Shown: positions 10,060 to 19,569 of the stretch, in pieces | How the letters are laid out: every line of letters begins with the position of its first letter | How positions within the stretch are numbered: position 1 is the first letter of the stretch | Assembly: GCA_964581435.1 (NCBI GenBank) | Contig: CAZOOO010000001.1 | Span: forward strand, 3,972-67,971 | DNA from: an uncultured Hyphomicrobiales bacterium | Lineage (GTDB): Bacteria > Pseudomonadota > Alphaproteobacteria > Rhizobiales > Xanthobacteraceae | DNA: 64,000 nucleotides | Direction: 5' to 3' | Translations under genes and position numbers: made by a program | Notes under the pieces: model-generated | Told to the model about the DNA's origin: nothing | Databases searched by the model: none | The model's input: the letters and a program-made list of their open reading frames with translations, nothing else

Positions 10060-10287
10060 TCACTCGGCAGTCCTTTTCAGAAAATCAGCGAGATAGTTCG
10101 CGTACCAAGCGGCTTTATCGTAATCCTGAGCGCCAGCCTTCTTATTGGCCCGTGCCTGATACTTGATGATGTTGAACTTGAGGGCTCCGATGAATTCCTC
10201 TCTGGTCAACCACGCGTCCAGAACACGGATCACTTCGTAAGGATTATCAGGTCCGCCGTAGTGCGCGGGATGGTCGACCATGCTCAC
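10060..10287 (-). CDS. DUF3310 (SaV-like) protein
   Basis: VDHPAHY...NIIKY..RA.KK...D..KA.WY. Confidence 0.85.
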   Translation of the reverse strand: MSMVDHPAHYGGPDNPYEVIRVLDAWLTREEFIGALKFNIIKYQARANKKAGAQDYDKAAWYANYLADFLKRTAE

Positions 10288-11603
10288 CGCGTGATCTCCT
10301 TCTCGACCCTCTCCCGGCAGGCATCTTCGTCTATCTGCCCCACGACTCGATTTGAGTGATGCGCGTAGATCTGATTGACCTTCTTCGACAGCACCTTGTT
10401 GGTCGCATCAGGCCATCCACCATTAGCCTTACGCCACGCGCCTGCGGGCTCACGGAGCGCGTTCGGGCCGCCAGTCGTGGTCTGAAACAGGTGATCTGAG
10501 AACGACCTCAACTTTGATTCATCGGAGTCGGCGTCGGACGCGGAACTAGTCGACGCCGACTCCACCTTCGTCTCAGGGAGAACGACCTGTGACGAATCTG
10601 AATTGGTGCCGGCGTCAGGAGAGGGCGGGGGGACGCTTTCTGACGCCGGTTTATCCGTCACAGACTGGGAGTTCTGCGACGAATCGGAAACTGAGCCGTC
10701 CGAGGTGTTTGTGTCGGGCTCAGACGGCTGCTCGCTCACTTCATGGTTGCCTCCATTGTGAGTGTCATCCATCGTCCCTGCCTGGTCAGGATGACTTTGC
10801 GCACCAGTCGCGCCAGAACTTGCTTCGCCGGCCAACTCTGCAACAGCCAACGAGAATCCTTCACCCGAAGTCGGGCCTTCGCGCAGACGTTCTAGCAGGC
10901 GCGATGTAGACGGCTGCTGAATTGGAGTAGCCCGAGAGGCGCGGACATACTCGGACATCTCATCGATGTCTTCGTCGGTCACGACGCCAAGGATGACTTC
11001 AGGAGCGTAACGACGGCACCACTGGCGAGTACCGCGGTAGATGAGTTGATCGTCGGGCTGTGTCTGCCAGTTCTGCTTGACCGAACCATCCTTGTTCTTC
11101 GTCTGCCACTTCGCGACGGTGCCATCGATAGTGACGATCTCGCCGTCACCGGGGCGCGGTCCACTGAGAACGATTCCGCGCTCAGGCTTTCCCCGCTCCC
11201 CGGTAAACTGCACGTCTAGCTTAATGCCGTGGACGCTGTAGAGAGCTGCGGCTACGGCCTTGCCTCCATAGCCCATCTGGCCGCCCGGAGTGCGGAAAGT
11301 CTCCTGCGCCAAAGAGAACGGATCAACGCGCCACTTCTCGGCTTGGTTGACGATCATTAAGCAGTTGCCAACAGTAGATCTCGGATCGAACTCGGCACCC
11401 GAGTCATTAGGGCGGACTACCTTTCCGTGGCGGTCCCGGTAAACTTGAAGATGTTCAGGGATTAGTGACGCGCTCGCCATCAGCGTGGCGACTCGCTGAA
11501 AGTGTTCGAACTTCGCGGTATCAAAGATCGGAATCGGATGCTGAATCACCGCGGCCTCACGGCGCTGGGAGATGTTAGCGGGAAGGTTATCATTCTGGTC
11601 CAT
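10284..11603 (-). CDS. recT: RecT-like single-strand annealing recombinase with hairpin-encoded C-terminal linker
   Basis: NCLMIVNQA..W..DPF.LAQ, PDDQL.YRG.RQW.RRY.PE..LG; adjacent to RecE-like gene. Confidence 0.8.
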   Translation of the reverse strand: MDQNDNLPANISQRREAAVIQHPIPIFDTAKFEHFQRVATLMASASLIPEHLQVYRDRHGKVVRPNDSGAEFDPRSTVGNCLMIVNQAEKWRVDPFSLAQETFRTPGGQMGYGGKAVAAALYSVHGIKLDVQFTGERGKPERGIVLSGPRPGDGEIVTIDGTVAKWQTKNKDGSVKQNWQTQPDDQLIYRGTRQWCRRYAPEVILGVVTDEDIDEMSEYVRASRATPIQQPSTSRLLERLREGPTSGEGFSLAVAELAGEASSGATGAQSHPDQAGTMDDTHNGGNHEVSEQPSEPDTNTSDGSVSDSSQNSQSVTDKPASESVPPPSPDAGTNSDSSQVVLPETKVESASTSSASDADSDESKLRSFSDHLFQTTTGGPNALREPAGAWRKANGGWPDATNKVLSKKVNQIYAHHSNRVVGQIDEDACRERVEKEITR

Positions 11604-11618
11604 GGTTTCCGTCTTTGA

Positions 11619-12572
11619 TTATGCGAAGTTGTGTTCTTCAAGCTCAAGAAAGCGATCGATCTTTTCGGCCGACCACGACTTCATGTTGATCAAGCGCTCG
11701 CCGCCGGCGAACGGTCGCGCTCCGGTCCAGTCACCGCTATCAAGGCATTTGCGGATGGTGTTCAACGCCCATCGAATCTCGCGCTCGCCGCGATCCATAT
11801 CGAAGGGTGAAATTTCCGCGTGGGTGGTGTCGGGAACGTCATCGTTCAGAACGAACATAAAGACGAACGTCTCGAACGGAATTTTCAGTTCTCGGCACGC
11901 CATGCGGATCATGGCTGCCTGACCGTAATAGAAGTTGTCGAACAACTGACGTTGTAGGAATTCTTCGTCGAAGTCAGACGCCGTTTTGAGGTCTGAGAAT
12001 ATCGTGTCAGCAGGAACGACGTCTGGACGCGAGCGGACCCATATTCCCGTCTGTTGATCCTTATAGACGAAGGTTCGTTCGACGGCTCCATCAAGGAGCC
12101 CATGTTCAATGAGCGGATACTTCTTGGCGTCGTCCGAAATGCGGCGGACAATCTCCATGTCGGCTTTGGTGACAATCGTGAGATCCTTGTGATCTTTCAC
12201 CCACTCGACGCATGATTTGTTGGCCGCGTGCCAATCTCGTCCGTCAGGAGCCTTTTCGGGCCTGACGACGAATTGCTTGTCAAACACCTCGTCTCCTAAA
12301 AGACAACAATGGACGAGTTTGCCAAAATCGAGAGCCTTGTTTCGCTTTCCCTTGATGCGGTTGGGGTTCATGTGCCAGCGCCCCCAGAAAGCCTTTGGGC
12401 TACCGCCGTGAGTCGGGAGGATGGACTTGAGCGAACTCTTTGAGACAGACGGCCCATCTAGCAGGGCAGGATCGTTATGATAGGTCTCGATCGGGATGCC
12501 GACATAAACGCCAGGCTTTGTGATCGTTGACCCATCCCACTGAATCTCTTTGATAGTGGAGATATCGCTCAC
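11619..12572 (-). CDS. recE: RecE/ExoVIII-like PD-(D/E)XK exonuclease (DUF3799)
   Basis: YH.D...S.S.LK, FG...H...L, RSRPD, DLKT, YYGQAA; GTG start 12572. Confidence 0.85.
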   Translation of the reverse strand: MSDISTIKEIQWDGSTITKPGVYVGIPIETYHNDPALLDGPSVSKSSLKSILPTHGGSPKAFWGRWHMNPNRIKGKRNKALDFGKLVHCCLLGDEVFDKQFVVRPEKAPDGRDWHAANKSCVEWVKDHKDLTIVTKADMEIVRRISDDAKKYPLIEHGLLDGAVERTFVYKDQQTGIWVRSRPDVVPADTIFSDLKTASDFDEEFLQRQLFDNFYYGQAAMIRMACRELKIPFETFVFMFVLNDDVPDTTHAEISPFDMDRGEREIRWALNTIRKCLDSGDWTGARPFAGGERLINMKSWSAEKIDRFLELEEHNFA

Positions 12573-13750
12573 TTCGAGACTTCCTTGATTTGATTGATCA
12601 CGCGCGAGATGGTTTCTTGGTCTTTGCCGCGCGGAATTCGAGCCCGCGTGATTTGAAGTTGGACGAGAGCCTGTGTCAGGACATCGTTCCTCAAGCAGAT
12701 CCGCGAATGCAGTTTCCCGCACTCTTCTTTCCAGTGACGGAGGTTTCGGCGGAGATCGGCTAGGACCGGATCAACCCTCTCGCATCGGATGTACTCGACG
12801 CCATCGATGGTGAAGCGCTCAAAGCGGAGATGGTCGGGCTGATCTGGTGCAGACGGATCGACGCACAGCGGACGTCCATCCCTGTCCGGACATTCCTTCC
12901 CATCATTGAATTTGCCGCAAGCGCACTCGCTGGTGCCCACACTTTGACTGGGACTCGACGTCGGGAGCGGAGTCTGGCCCTTTGCGTCTGGCCCGTAACT
13001 AGAATGGCATTCTGGGCAAACCCAGTACTTCCCGCGAAGAACAAGCGGCGGTCTGACACAGACATCGTCCACCCATTCCTGACATTCGAATTTGATACAG
13101 ACGTCAGTTGGGCAGAGCCCTTGATCCTCACAATCACCGTCAGATTGCGGATAAGAGTCTGACGTGCCGAGCACGGCTTCGGCGTCTTCCGTTTCAATAG
13201 GCGCGGCTGCTGCCCCGGATACAGGCTGTGTCTCTCCCTGTACAACGTCAGATTGGTTTGCTGAGAAAGTCGCTCTTGCATCGCGCAGATGTCCCAGCGT
13301 AATCACCGAGTCCATATCGACGCAGTATTCATCGTCTTGCTCGCCCGAATAGTGGTCGCAAGCCACTGCGAATGGCTCCAACGCCTTTCGCGTCGCTCTA
13401 ACGCTAGAGGCGTGCGAGGCGAGGTAGAGGGGGCATTCCGTCCACTCCGGCTTCTCTTGCAGCGTCTTGTTTCGGATGCGGCTGACGATTGGATGGTCTA
13501 CATCATCCATCTGTCCGCCGTGATAGTAGGCCCACGCAACCGGCTCGCCGACCTTCACCGACGCGGCGGACAGGTAGGCCGTGATTGCGCGCGCCATTTC
13601 CACGCGGGTGTTCTGGTATCGCGGCGAATTGTCGGCCTTGATTTGTGCGAATTCTTCATCGGAGATTTCCGGCGCTGTGATCCGTGCGCATTCGCGAATA
13701 GCGGCCTCAAGCCCGGCATCGTCCAGCCGTTTGTAGTCGTCACTGGTCAT
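12569..13750 (-). CDS. Mosaic hypothetical phage protein containing an in-frame tRNA-like element
   Basis: Start MTSDDYK; EPVAW, ALEPFA, Cys clusters. Confidence 0.7.
   Translation of the reverse strand: MTSDDYKRLDDAGLEAAIRECARITAPEISDEEFAQIKADNSPRYQNTRVEMARAITAYLSAASVKVGEPVAWAYYHGGQMDDVDHPIVSRIRNKTLQEKPEWTECPLYLASHASSVRATRKALEPFAVACDHYSGEQDDEYCVDMDSVITLGHLRDARATFSANQSDVVQGETQPVSGAAAAPIETEDAEAVLGTSDSYPQSDGDCEDQGLCPTDVCIKFECQEWVDDVCVRPPLVLRGKYWVCPECHSSYGPDAKGQTPLPTSSPSQSVGTSECACGKFNDGKECPDRDGRPLCVDPSAPDQPDHLRFERFTIDGVEYIRCERVDPVLADLRRNLRHWKEECGKLHSRICLRNDVLTQALVQLQITRARIPRGKDQETISRVINQIKEVSK
13158..13252 (-). ncRNA. tRNA-like cloverleaf element (copy 2), inside CDS
   Basis: Closing UCUGACGU/ACGUCAGA; D-like UACAGG-GAGAGACACAG-CCUGUA; middle arm UCCG/CGGA; T-like GCCGA-AGCCGUGC-UCGGC. 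Confidence 0.62.
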
Positions 13751-13994
13751 GATGAGGCTCCATTTGTGCCGGGAAATTGAATCTTTCGAGGGGATCGCCC
13801 CAAACGGCCGCGCATTCCGCACGGATGTTCTCGGCATCTGAATTCTGTCCGTAATCACAATCACCGCAGCGGCGGCAGACGTTGACGGGCACCGAGCAAG
13901 AGCAATGTTCGTGACACCCGGCGTTACAGCCGCCAAGCGAACGCCAATCGTGGCTAATCTCACAACTGAGGAAAAGCCAATCGCGCTTCACCAT
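13740..13994 (-). CDS. Small Cys-rich protein
   Basis: HDW...GG.NAGC...CSCSVPV..C.RCGDCDYG. Confidence 0.65.
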   Translation of the reverse strand: MVKRDWLFLSCEISHDWRSLGGCNAGCHEHCSCSVPVNVCRRCGDCDYGQNSDAENIRAECAAVWGDPLERFNFPAQMEPHHDQ

Positions 13995-14719
13995 CAGCGC
14001 GTGCTCCCTAAATTGTCGAGAAGGGCTCTGGCAGCATCTTGCGCGCAGTAGCCGTCTTGGAAGTACGGGGCGATGATGCTCGCAACTGTGTGCTCGTCCA
14101 GCGCTGCTCTGACGGCGGCAGCGGCGATCTTCCTCCATCCTCCCCGGGCACTCTCGCCGAGATTGTCCCATCTATTTTTCAGGGGGAAGTAATCATAGTC
14201 CGAGCGATAGATGTTCTGTGCTTCACGGAAGGCGGCGGTTCCCGCCGCTTCAAGTCCGATGTTCTCGTTATTAGGGACATTATCAGGGTCATTCGGCAAA
14301 CCTTTTCCGAGTTTTCCCGGTTCGTTCAGCGCGTGTTCTAATCTGGCGGCAAGCGACAGGTAGTCGGACCAGTGAACGAAGTCACCGTTCGGAGACTCAT
14401 ATTCCCCGCGGGCATCGTAGTGGATGCCGTAGCGCTTTACGGTCGCGTCCGGGACGTCGCAGCTTTGCGTGTCTCTGGTCACTTCATCCGGGCAATGCGT
14501 CGCCTTGGCCGATGCAGCATTCCGCAATGCGCCCAACAACGTGTCAGCCCCGAACCGCTCATCCTGCCAACCTGTCCACGATGCATTGACGACAACGACG
14601 CGATCTGGCTGTCCATTGAAGTCGGGGTTATCGCAAAGGATGGCGACGCTATCGCCTTCTCCAGAGCGGAGGATGTTGATAAGGCCGACGATATCGATGG
14701 CGTCCGACAAGTCAGTCAT
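13994..14719 (-). CDS. Hypothetical phage protein
   Basis: Start MTDLSDAID at 14719. Confidence 0.65.
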   Translation of the reverse strand: MTDLSDAIDIVGLINILRSGEGDSVAILCDNPDFNGQPDRVVVVNASWTGWQDERFGADTLLGALRNAASAKATHCPDEVTRDTQSCDVPDATVKRYGIHYDARGEYESPNGDFVHWSDYLSLAARLEHALNEPGKLGKGLPNDPDNVPNNENIGLEAAGTAAFREAQNIYRSDYDYFPLKNRWDNLGESARGGWRKIAAAAVRAALDEHTVASIIAPYFQDGYCAQDAARALLDNLGSTR

Positions 14720-15002
14720 GGCCAGATTCCGACATCTGGCGAGTATTGACGACGGCTGCTTCGGCGTTCTCCTTAAATGTGTCCGGAAGGACAAGTGTGA
14801 TCCGACCGTTCTCGCATCCATGCGTCGTGAGCGCCTTTGCCACGGCATCGCCAACCAGCCGATAATCAAGGTGTGGCTGTGGGACCATGATGGCGAGTTG
14901 AGCGACAACGCCGACGCCTTCCATCTGGATCGTCAATGAGCGTCCGACGACACTGGAAAACGGGACCGCCGAAATAGTCGCGGAATAGAGTCTGTCAACC
15001 AT
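14712..15002 (-). CDS. Hypothetical protein
   Basis: Start MVDRLYS preceded by GGAGG. Confidence 0.55.
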   Translation of the reverse strand: MVDRLYSATISAVPFSSVVGRSLTIQMEGVGVVAQLAIMVPQPHLDYRLVGDAVAKALTTHGCENGRITLVLPDTFKENAEAAVVNTRQMSESGHD

Positions 15003-15258
15003 TGCTCGCCTCCCATGCGGAGAGAGCGGCGCGGGCGCGCTCGCCAAAATCGGTACTGTTGACGCCACACGCTCCTTCGTTCGGGTTGCTCAACCCCGAC
15101 TCGTGAAGGCCGCTATAGAACCGCAACGCCCCCGCCATCTGCTCCGCTATGTCGGCGCGGATGTATAGCGTCGAGTTAAACTCTTCGCGATCTGCGAAGA
15201 ATTGAGGATGATCGTTACGCGCCCAAATCCTCGCGGGCATCTTACTTGCTTCACTCAT
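14995..15258 (-). CDS. Hypothetical phage protein
   Basis: MPARIWA...YIRAD motif. Confidence 0.65.
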   Translation of the reverse strand: MSEASKMPARIWARNDHPQFFADREEFNSTLYIRADIAEQMAGALRFYSGLHESGLSNPNEGACGVNSTDFGERARAALSAWEASNG

Positions 15259-15811
15259 CGGAGCCTCCCGATTTAGAGGCAGCGTTAGGCTTCAACGTGT
15301 TGGGAAGAGGATACGGCCCTGATTTGCGGTCAGACGGGTTCCAACAAGTCGTTTCTCCGACCTGTGCACGTTCCGCACCGCCAAGGAAGCGCGCGGTATC
15401 CGGGAAGCGCGCCTTCAAGTGATCGGGCATCGTCGAACCCGACCACAGGTCAAACGTCGTGACGCGCTGGCCCGCGTATGCGGAAGGCTCGATGTATTCG
15501 ATATCGAAGCGGCGACCAGCCATGCCGCGCATTGAACCAGATGTGCGACTGCCGGGGCTATAAACATGGCCGTCGATAATCGTCATCGTGCGATGTCCAT
15601 TCTCGTACCGCTTTTCTTCTTCAATCCAGAAATTGCAATCCCAGCAAAGCCGCCGCTCCATCATCTGCGTGTAGCTGGGTTCGCAGTAGGTGTTGCGACC
15701 TTCGTTGCCACACTTGACGCAGGTGTAACGGTAATATGTTTTGTCGGCCTTCCACTTCGTCTCAATCGGGATCAAGCCGTTGGCCGCTCCGCCATCATCG
15801 ATATTACTCAT
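15251..15811 (-). CDS. Hypothetical phage protein with CxxC pairs
   Basis: 186 aa, CVKC, CWDC. Confidence 0.7.
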   Translation of the reverse strand: MSNIDDGGAANGLIPIETKWKADKTYYRYTCVKCGNEGRNTYCEPSYTQMMERRLCWDCNFWIEEEKRYENGHRTMTIIDGHVYSPGSRTSGSMRGMAGRRFDIEYIEPSAYAGQRVTTFDLWSGSTMPDHLKARFPDTARFLGGAERAQVGETTCWNPSDRKSGPYPLPNTLKPNAASKSGGSDE

Positions 15812-16011
15812 GCGTCAGCCCTTACGATTTGAACCTTCACCGCTCGCCAGCCGTTGCGGTTATTGGTGCCGTCGTCTTCATTCAGACCCTTAACGCGACG
15901 AATGGCGCTATCGATATCAGCGAAGACCACAGCGCCTTCGTATCCATACGGCTCGCTGAAGCCGTGAGTTGGATGCCACGCCGCCCAGAATTCATCGCTC
16001 TCTGACATCAT
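15808..16011 (-). CDS. Hypothetical protein
   Basis: 67 aa, coupled. Confidence 0.55.
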   Translation of the reverse strand: MMSESDEFWAAWHPTHGFSEPYGYEGAVVFADIDSAIRRVKGLNEDDGTNNRNGWRAVKVQIVRADA

Positions 16012-16150
16012 CGTCTCGCTTCGGTTGAATTACTCGCGTCTGCTTCTTTCGGACTGGCGCGTCTGGTTTGTGATCGAAGGTCCCGGAAACGAATTGTCGA
16101 ACCGGCTTGCGCGATGATCGCATCTCGACGTGGTTACGGTGCGGTGGCAT

Positions 16151-16786
16151 CTACCTCGTCACGCTAGCTAGGGCATCGCGGAAACGAGATTTCTCGGCTT
16201 CTAAGAAGGCTTCTTGCCGATTACGGATCGCGTTATTGATTTCGGCGAACGCGGCGTTAGTGGCCTGCCTGATCTCTTGGTCGAACGCCCTCTGCATGTA
16301 CATTTCGACAATGTGCTGGATCCTTGTCTTCCCGTAACGCCGGTCTGTTGTCGGCTTCCCAGCGCTATCGACGTAGGCTGTCAGATAGTCGCGACCGGTT
16401 AGACCGATAAACTCCCTCATCGTGCAGGGCTTCTCGTCTGCCTTCATGAAGGGATATTTCGGCGTGATTGGCTGGTCGATGATGTCTGCCGATATCGATG
16501 CCAGCGCCTCGTCGGCAGCCTGCGTCGTAAGCGCAATGCAGCGATCTTCAATCAACTTGGCGAGTTTGCTGTTGCCGTAATTGCCGACTACAACGCGCGC
16601 AGCGGCTTCTACAATGAGTTCTTCCATATCCTTCTGCGTATAGTCCCGCATAGATACGTGAAACTCGATGCCGCGGTTCTCTGGCGTTCTTGTCGCGATC
16701 ATGTCGGTGCGAACATCTTTCGGCTCGCTATGGCCATCCCATTCGCGCTCATCTATGTCGCTGGTGCTGGTAATTTCATTTCTCAT
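16151..16786 (-). CDS. Hypothetical phage protein
   Basis: 211-aa ORF with normal composition. Confidence 0.7.
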   Translation of the reverse strand: MRNEITSTSDIDEREWDGHSEPKDVRTDMIATRTPENRGIEFHVSMRDYTQKDMEELIVEAAARVVVGNYGNSKLAKLIEDRCIALTTQAADEALASISADIIDQPITPKYPFMKADEKPCTMREFIGLTGRDYLTAYVDSAGKPTTDRRYGKTRIQHIVEMYMQRAFDQEIRQATNAAFAEINNAIRNRQEAFLEAEKSRFRDALASVTR

Positions 16787-17358
16787 ATGGGCGTCCCCGT
16801 TGAAACCAAAGCCGCAGAGGCGCCATCCACCCGGCCCTCAGTCGGCACACCATCGGCACGGCGATCAACCCGTCCAACAGTGTTCTCTCCCACCCCGAAA
16901 CGGCGGGCTAACCTCACAAACGCTGGACGAACAGAGCGACTGTCGTCATTGCGTCTGGACTCGGACCAGCGTTTCATCCTCAACCAGTGACGATGACCGT
17001 GGCGCTGGAAATCAGTCCACCCGAGGGTGGCGCTCACCTTCATTGGACCTGCTATGGTCCGCATGAAGATCGTGTCTATCTCATAACTATAGATCGACAC
17101 GGAAGGCGCGTATTCTTCCCACTTCTCGGCAATCTCGATCTGGCCGTAGCCATGCTCCATTATCCATAGCTTCGAGACATGAAGCGGCTTACCGAAAACA
17201 ACCTCAGACAAAATCTCAAACTCGGCATCCGACTGCGGCAGCGGGCACTTCAAGGTGCGCGGCGACACGTTGTATGATGTGGGAAATGGCGGTTGCCACA
17301 ATCCGCCATGACACTTGATTGCCGCCGTTGTATACCGCTTGCGGTATCGTCTGCTCAT
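16783..17358 (-). CDS. Hypothetical protein
   Basis: 191 aa; stop overlaps next start. Confidence 0.55.
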   Translation of the reverse strand: MSRRYRKRYTTAAIKCHGGLWQPPFPTSYNVSPRTLKCPLPQSDAEFEILSEVVFGKPLHVSKLWIMEHGYGQIEIAEKWEEYAPSVSIYSYEIDTIFMRTIAGPMKVSATLGWTDFQRHGHRHWLRMKRWSESRRNDDSRSVRPAFVRLARRFGVGENTVGRVDRRADGVPTEGRVDGASAALVSTGTPI

Positions 17359-17388
17359 TTGGCCGCCAGAGTTGGAGTCAGTGATATC

Positions 17389-17772
17389 TCAGGCCCCAGC
17401 CGAGATATGCTCGGTCACCGACTCATTGAGTCGATCGACATCTGACTCTGAGAGGTTTTCGTTGACTGGATGGGGATCGACGACATGGATGACCCGACGA
17501 ACGCATTCGGCGCTCCAGACGTGGTGGGAGCCGATAACATCAACCACCCAGACGTGCCGCTCCTTGATCGCGATTACGGTGCCGTAGCTGCCGTTCTCGT
17601 GTTTAACCTTATCGCCTTCATCCAAGTGGGGGGCGACCAACGAAATCTTCTTCGGAGGTACGCCGACACTGGGATATCCAAGGGCCAGATACACAGTCTC
17701 GTTCTCGGTGCTCTGGTTGAACTTCACCTCGGCTTCGAGGGAAACGATGTCGCCTTCGCGGTAGAGTGTCAT
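17389..17772 (-). CDS. Hypothetical protein (possible tandem KOW/SH3-like)
   Basis: GDIV...V and GDKV..H..G..G.V motifs. Confidence 0.6.
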   Translation of the reverse strand: MTLYREGDIVSLEAEVKFNQSTENETVYLALGYPSVGVPPKKISLVAPHLDEGDKVKHENGSYGTVIAIKERHVWVVDVIGSHHVWSAECVRRVIHVVDPHPVNENLSESDVDRLNESVTEHISAGA

Positions 17773-17779
17773 TGCGGCC

Positions 17780-18838
17780 TCAGTATTTAAGAAACACGTT
17801 CGGGATCGAACCTTCCGCGATCGCGGCAATTAGAGAGCCGGCGACGTTGTCGGTGATGCCAAATTCAGCGAGAGCGGTTTTGATTGCGGTGTTCACGGAC
17901 TCCCGATGACGAGCGTCGGCTTCCCTGACTTCAGCGGCGGCCTTTGCTTCGGCCTCAGCCTGCGCTACACGACGGCGTTCCGCCTCAACGGCCTCTAGTC
18001 GCTCGCGCTCAAGGCGATTAGCTGCTTCCTTGGCCTCGCGCTCCGCGTTTGCGGCGCGTTCCTCGGCTTCCTGACGCTCGCGCTCAAGATGCTCTCTTTC
18101 GGCCGTAGCGGCTTCCTCGGCGGCCCTGGCTTCACGAGCAGCCTTTTCCTCAGCCTCGCGTGTAGCCTTCTCAGCGGCTTCCTGAGCGGCTTTACGCTCG
18201 CGCTCTAATTGCTCCTGCTCAAGCAGCTTTCGACGGAGTTCTTCTAGCTCTTTCCTGTCGGCCTCACGCTTTTCCGCAGCCTCAATGGCACGATCGAGTC
18301 TTTCCGCTATTTCAGCGGTAGTATCGATGGCGCGCTTCTCGAACTCTTCCCAGTTCCGAAGAGAGAGCCCGTTTATCTGTTCGCGATACTGACGAATGGT
18401 CTCAGGCGCCGCATCGGCGATGGGGTACTGCCCGATAAGGACAATCTTGGCTAATTCAGCCTCATGAGCCGCAACGCGGGCTTCCTCAGCCTCTTCAAGC
18501 CTAGTGACAGGCTCACGGATCGATATTGATAGTGACCCAAGCGATTCACGAGCCTTCTTCCGCTCGGCATCGATCTTCTTCGGCTTCTCCTTGATGACGG
18601 CGACATACTCTTTGCCAAGCCGATCAAGCTCATTACAAGCACGGGAGACAAGATACGCAACCGACTTGCAGTGATCTCGACCTTTACGTGTCGAAATATC
18701 GAACTGCTCAGCTTTGGCGCGCTCTGTAATCTGAGCGATCACCGCATCCGTCCCGCCAGGAGAAAACACTTTCTCCGGATCAATGGCATCGATATCGATC
18801 AACGTCCGTAGATCGAGTTTTGGTGTAACGGCATCCAT
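17780..18838 (-). CDS. Coiled-coil phage protein
   Basis: D.ST.KGR...S.AY.V..., K.ID.ERK, long EAE/RAA coiled coil, IPNV..KY end. Confidence 0.8.
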   Translation of the reverse strand: MDAVTPKLDLRTLIDIDAIDPEKVFSPGGTDAVIAQITERAKAEQFDISTRKGRDHCKSVAYLVSRACNELDRLGKEYVAVIKEKPKKIDAERKKARESLGSLSISIREPVTRLEEAEEARVAAHEAELAKIVLIGQYPIADAAPETIRQYREQINGLSLRNWEEFEKRAIDTTAEIAERLDRAIEAAEKREADRKELEELRRKLLEQEQLERERKAAQEAAEKATREAEEKAAREARAAEEAATAEREHLERERQEAEERAANAEREAKEAANRLERERLEAVEAERRRVAQAEAEAKAAAEVREADARHRESVNTAIKTALAEFGITDNVAGSLIAAIAEGSIPNVFLKY

Positions 18839-18843
18839 GATGG

Positions 18844-19013
18844 TTATCCCGTGATCTGGCGCGGCTTGCGGCGAAGCTTTCCGACCTCGCGCATCAATTG
18901 CTTTGTCGTGTTACTGAACTGGACATCTTCGAGCCTGCGCCGTGTTCGACTGTTCGGCTTCGCTCGATTTATGCGCGATACCAGTTCCTCTTGACGCTTC
19001 AGGAAGTCGGACA
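18844..19013 (-). CDS. Small basic protein (start uncertain)
   Basis: SDFLKRQEELVSRINRAKPNSR... Confidence 0.4.
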
Positions 19014-19179
19014 AGAGATTTCTCCGATGAAGGAGCCAAGATCGAGCGCAAAGCAACTCGCTTGATCTGGCGAGAACCCAAGCGCGCGAGAACGCGCATA
19101 CTCGCGATACATTGAATCGTATCGCTTAGCCTCAATCGCCATCACGTCGATACCGAAGGTGCGGGCATCATTATTCCCG

Positions 19180-19386
19180 CTAGATACCTTGCTCACGTTG
19201 GTATTCGTCGTAGTCAGCCTGAACGTCCCGCGTTGATTCAACGTCTGGCACAAGTCCTGATCCGTCATCACCGAGACGCTTCCAGTGCTCAATCCATTGC
19301 TGTCGTACATCACGGCGCTGTTCCTCTGTTGCGTTCCGATATTCTTCATCGGAGCAGAACATGCTTAGGCGAACGAATGTGCTCAC
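19180..19386 (-). CDS. Hypothetical protein
   Basis: 68 aa, coupled. Confidence 0.55.
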   Translation of the reverse strand: MSTFVRLSMFCSDEEYRNATEEQRRDVRQQWIEHWKRLGDDGSGLVPDVESTRDVQADYDEYQREQGI

Positions 19387-19562
19387 CGCATCGTTGCTGC
19401 CAGCAACTCCAACCTATCGACCATCGACAGGTGGCGTTTCTTCTGAAACTGATCCCATGCCTGCTTGGCACTCGTTCGATGCCAATCAGCAACGGCGCGA
19501 ATGGAATCGATCGAAACGCCTTCGCGGATCGCTTGTTCTCTCGTGATGATTCCCAAACGCAT
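19383..19562 (-). CDS. Hypothetical protein (not in ORF track)
   Basis: MRLGIITREQAIRE...; GAGG SD; stop overlaps next ATG. Confidence 0.55.
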   Translation of the reverse strand: MRLGIITREQAIREGVSIDSIRAVADWHRTSAKQAWDQFQKKRHLSMVDRLELLAATMR

Positions 19563-19569
19563 GATGTCC

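Noticed and set aside
9528-10166. 212-aa plus-strand ORF and the many other antisense or shadow ORFs in the track
   Set aside because: They lie opposite or over well-supported genes in GC-rich DNA and carry no motifs.
17780-18838. TolA annotation
   Set aside because: Similarity would come only from the Ala/Glu/Arg coiled coil; no membrane anchor.
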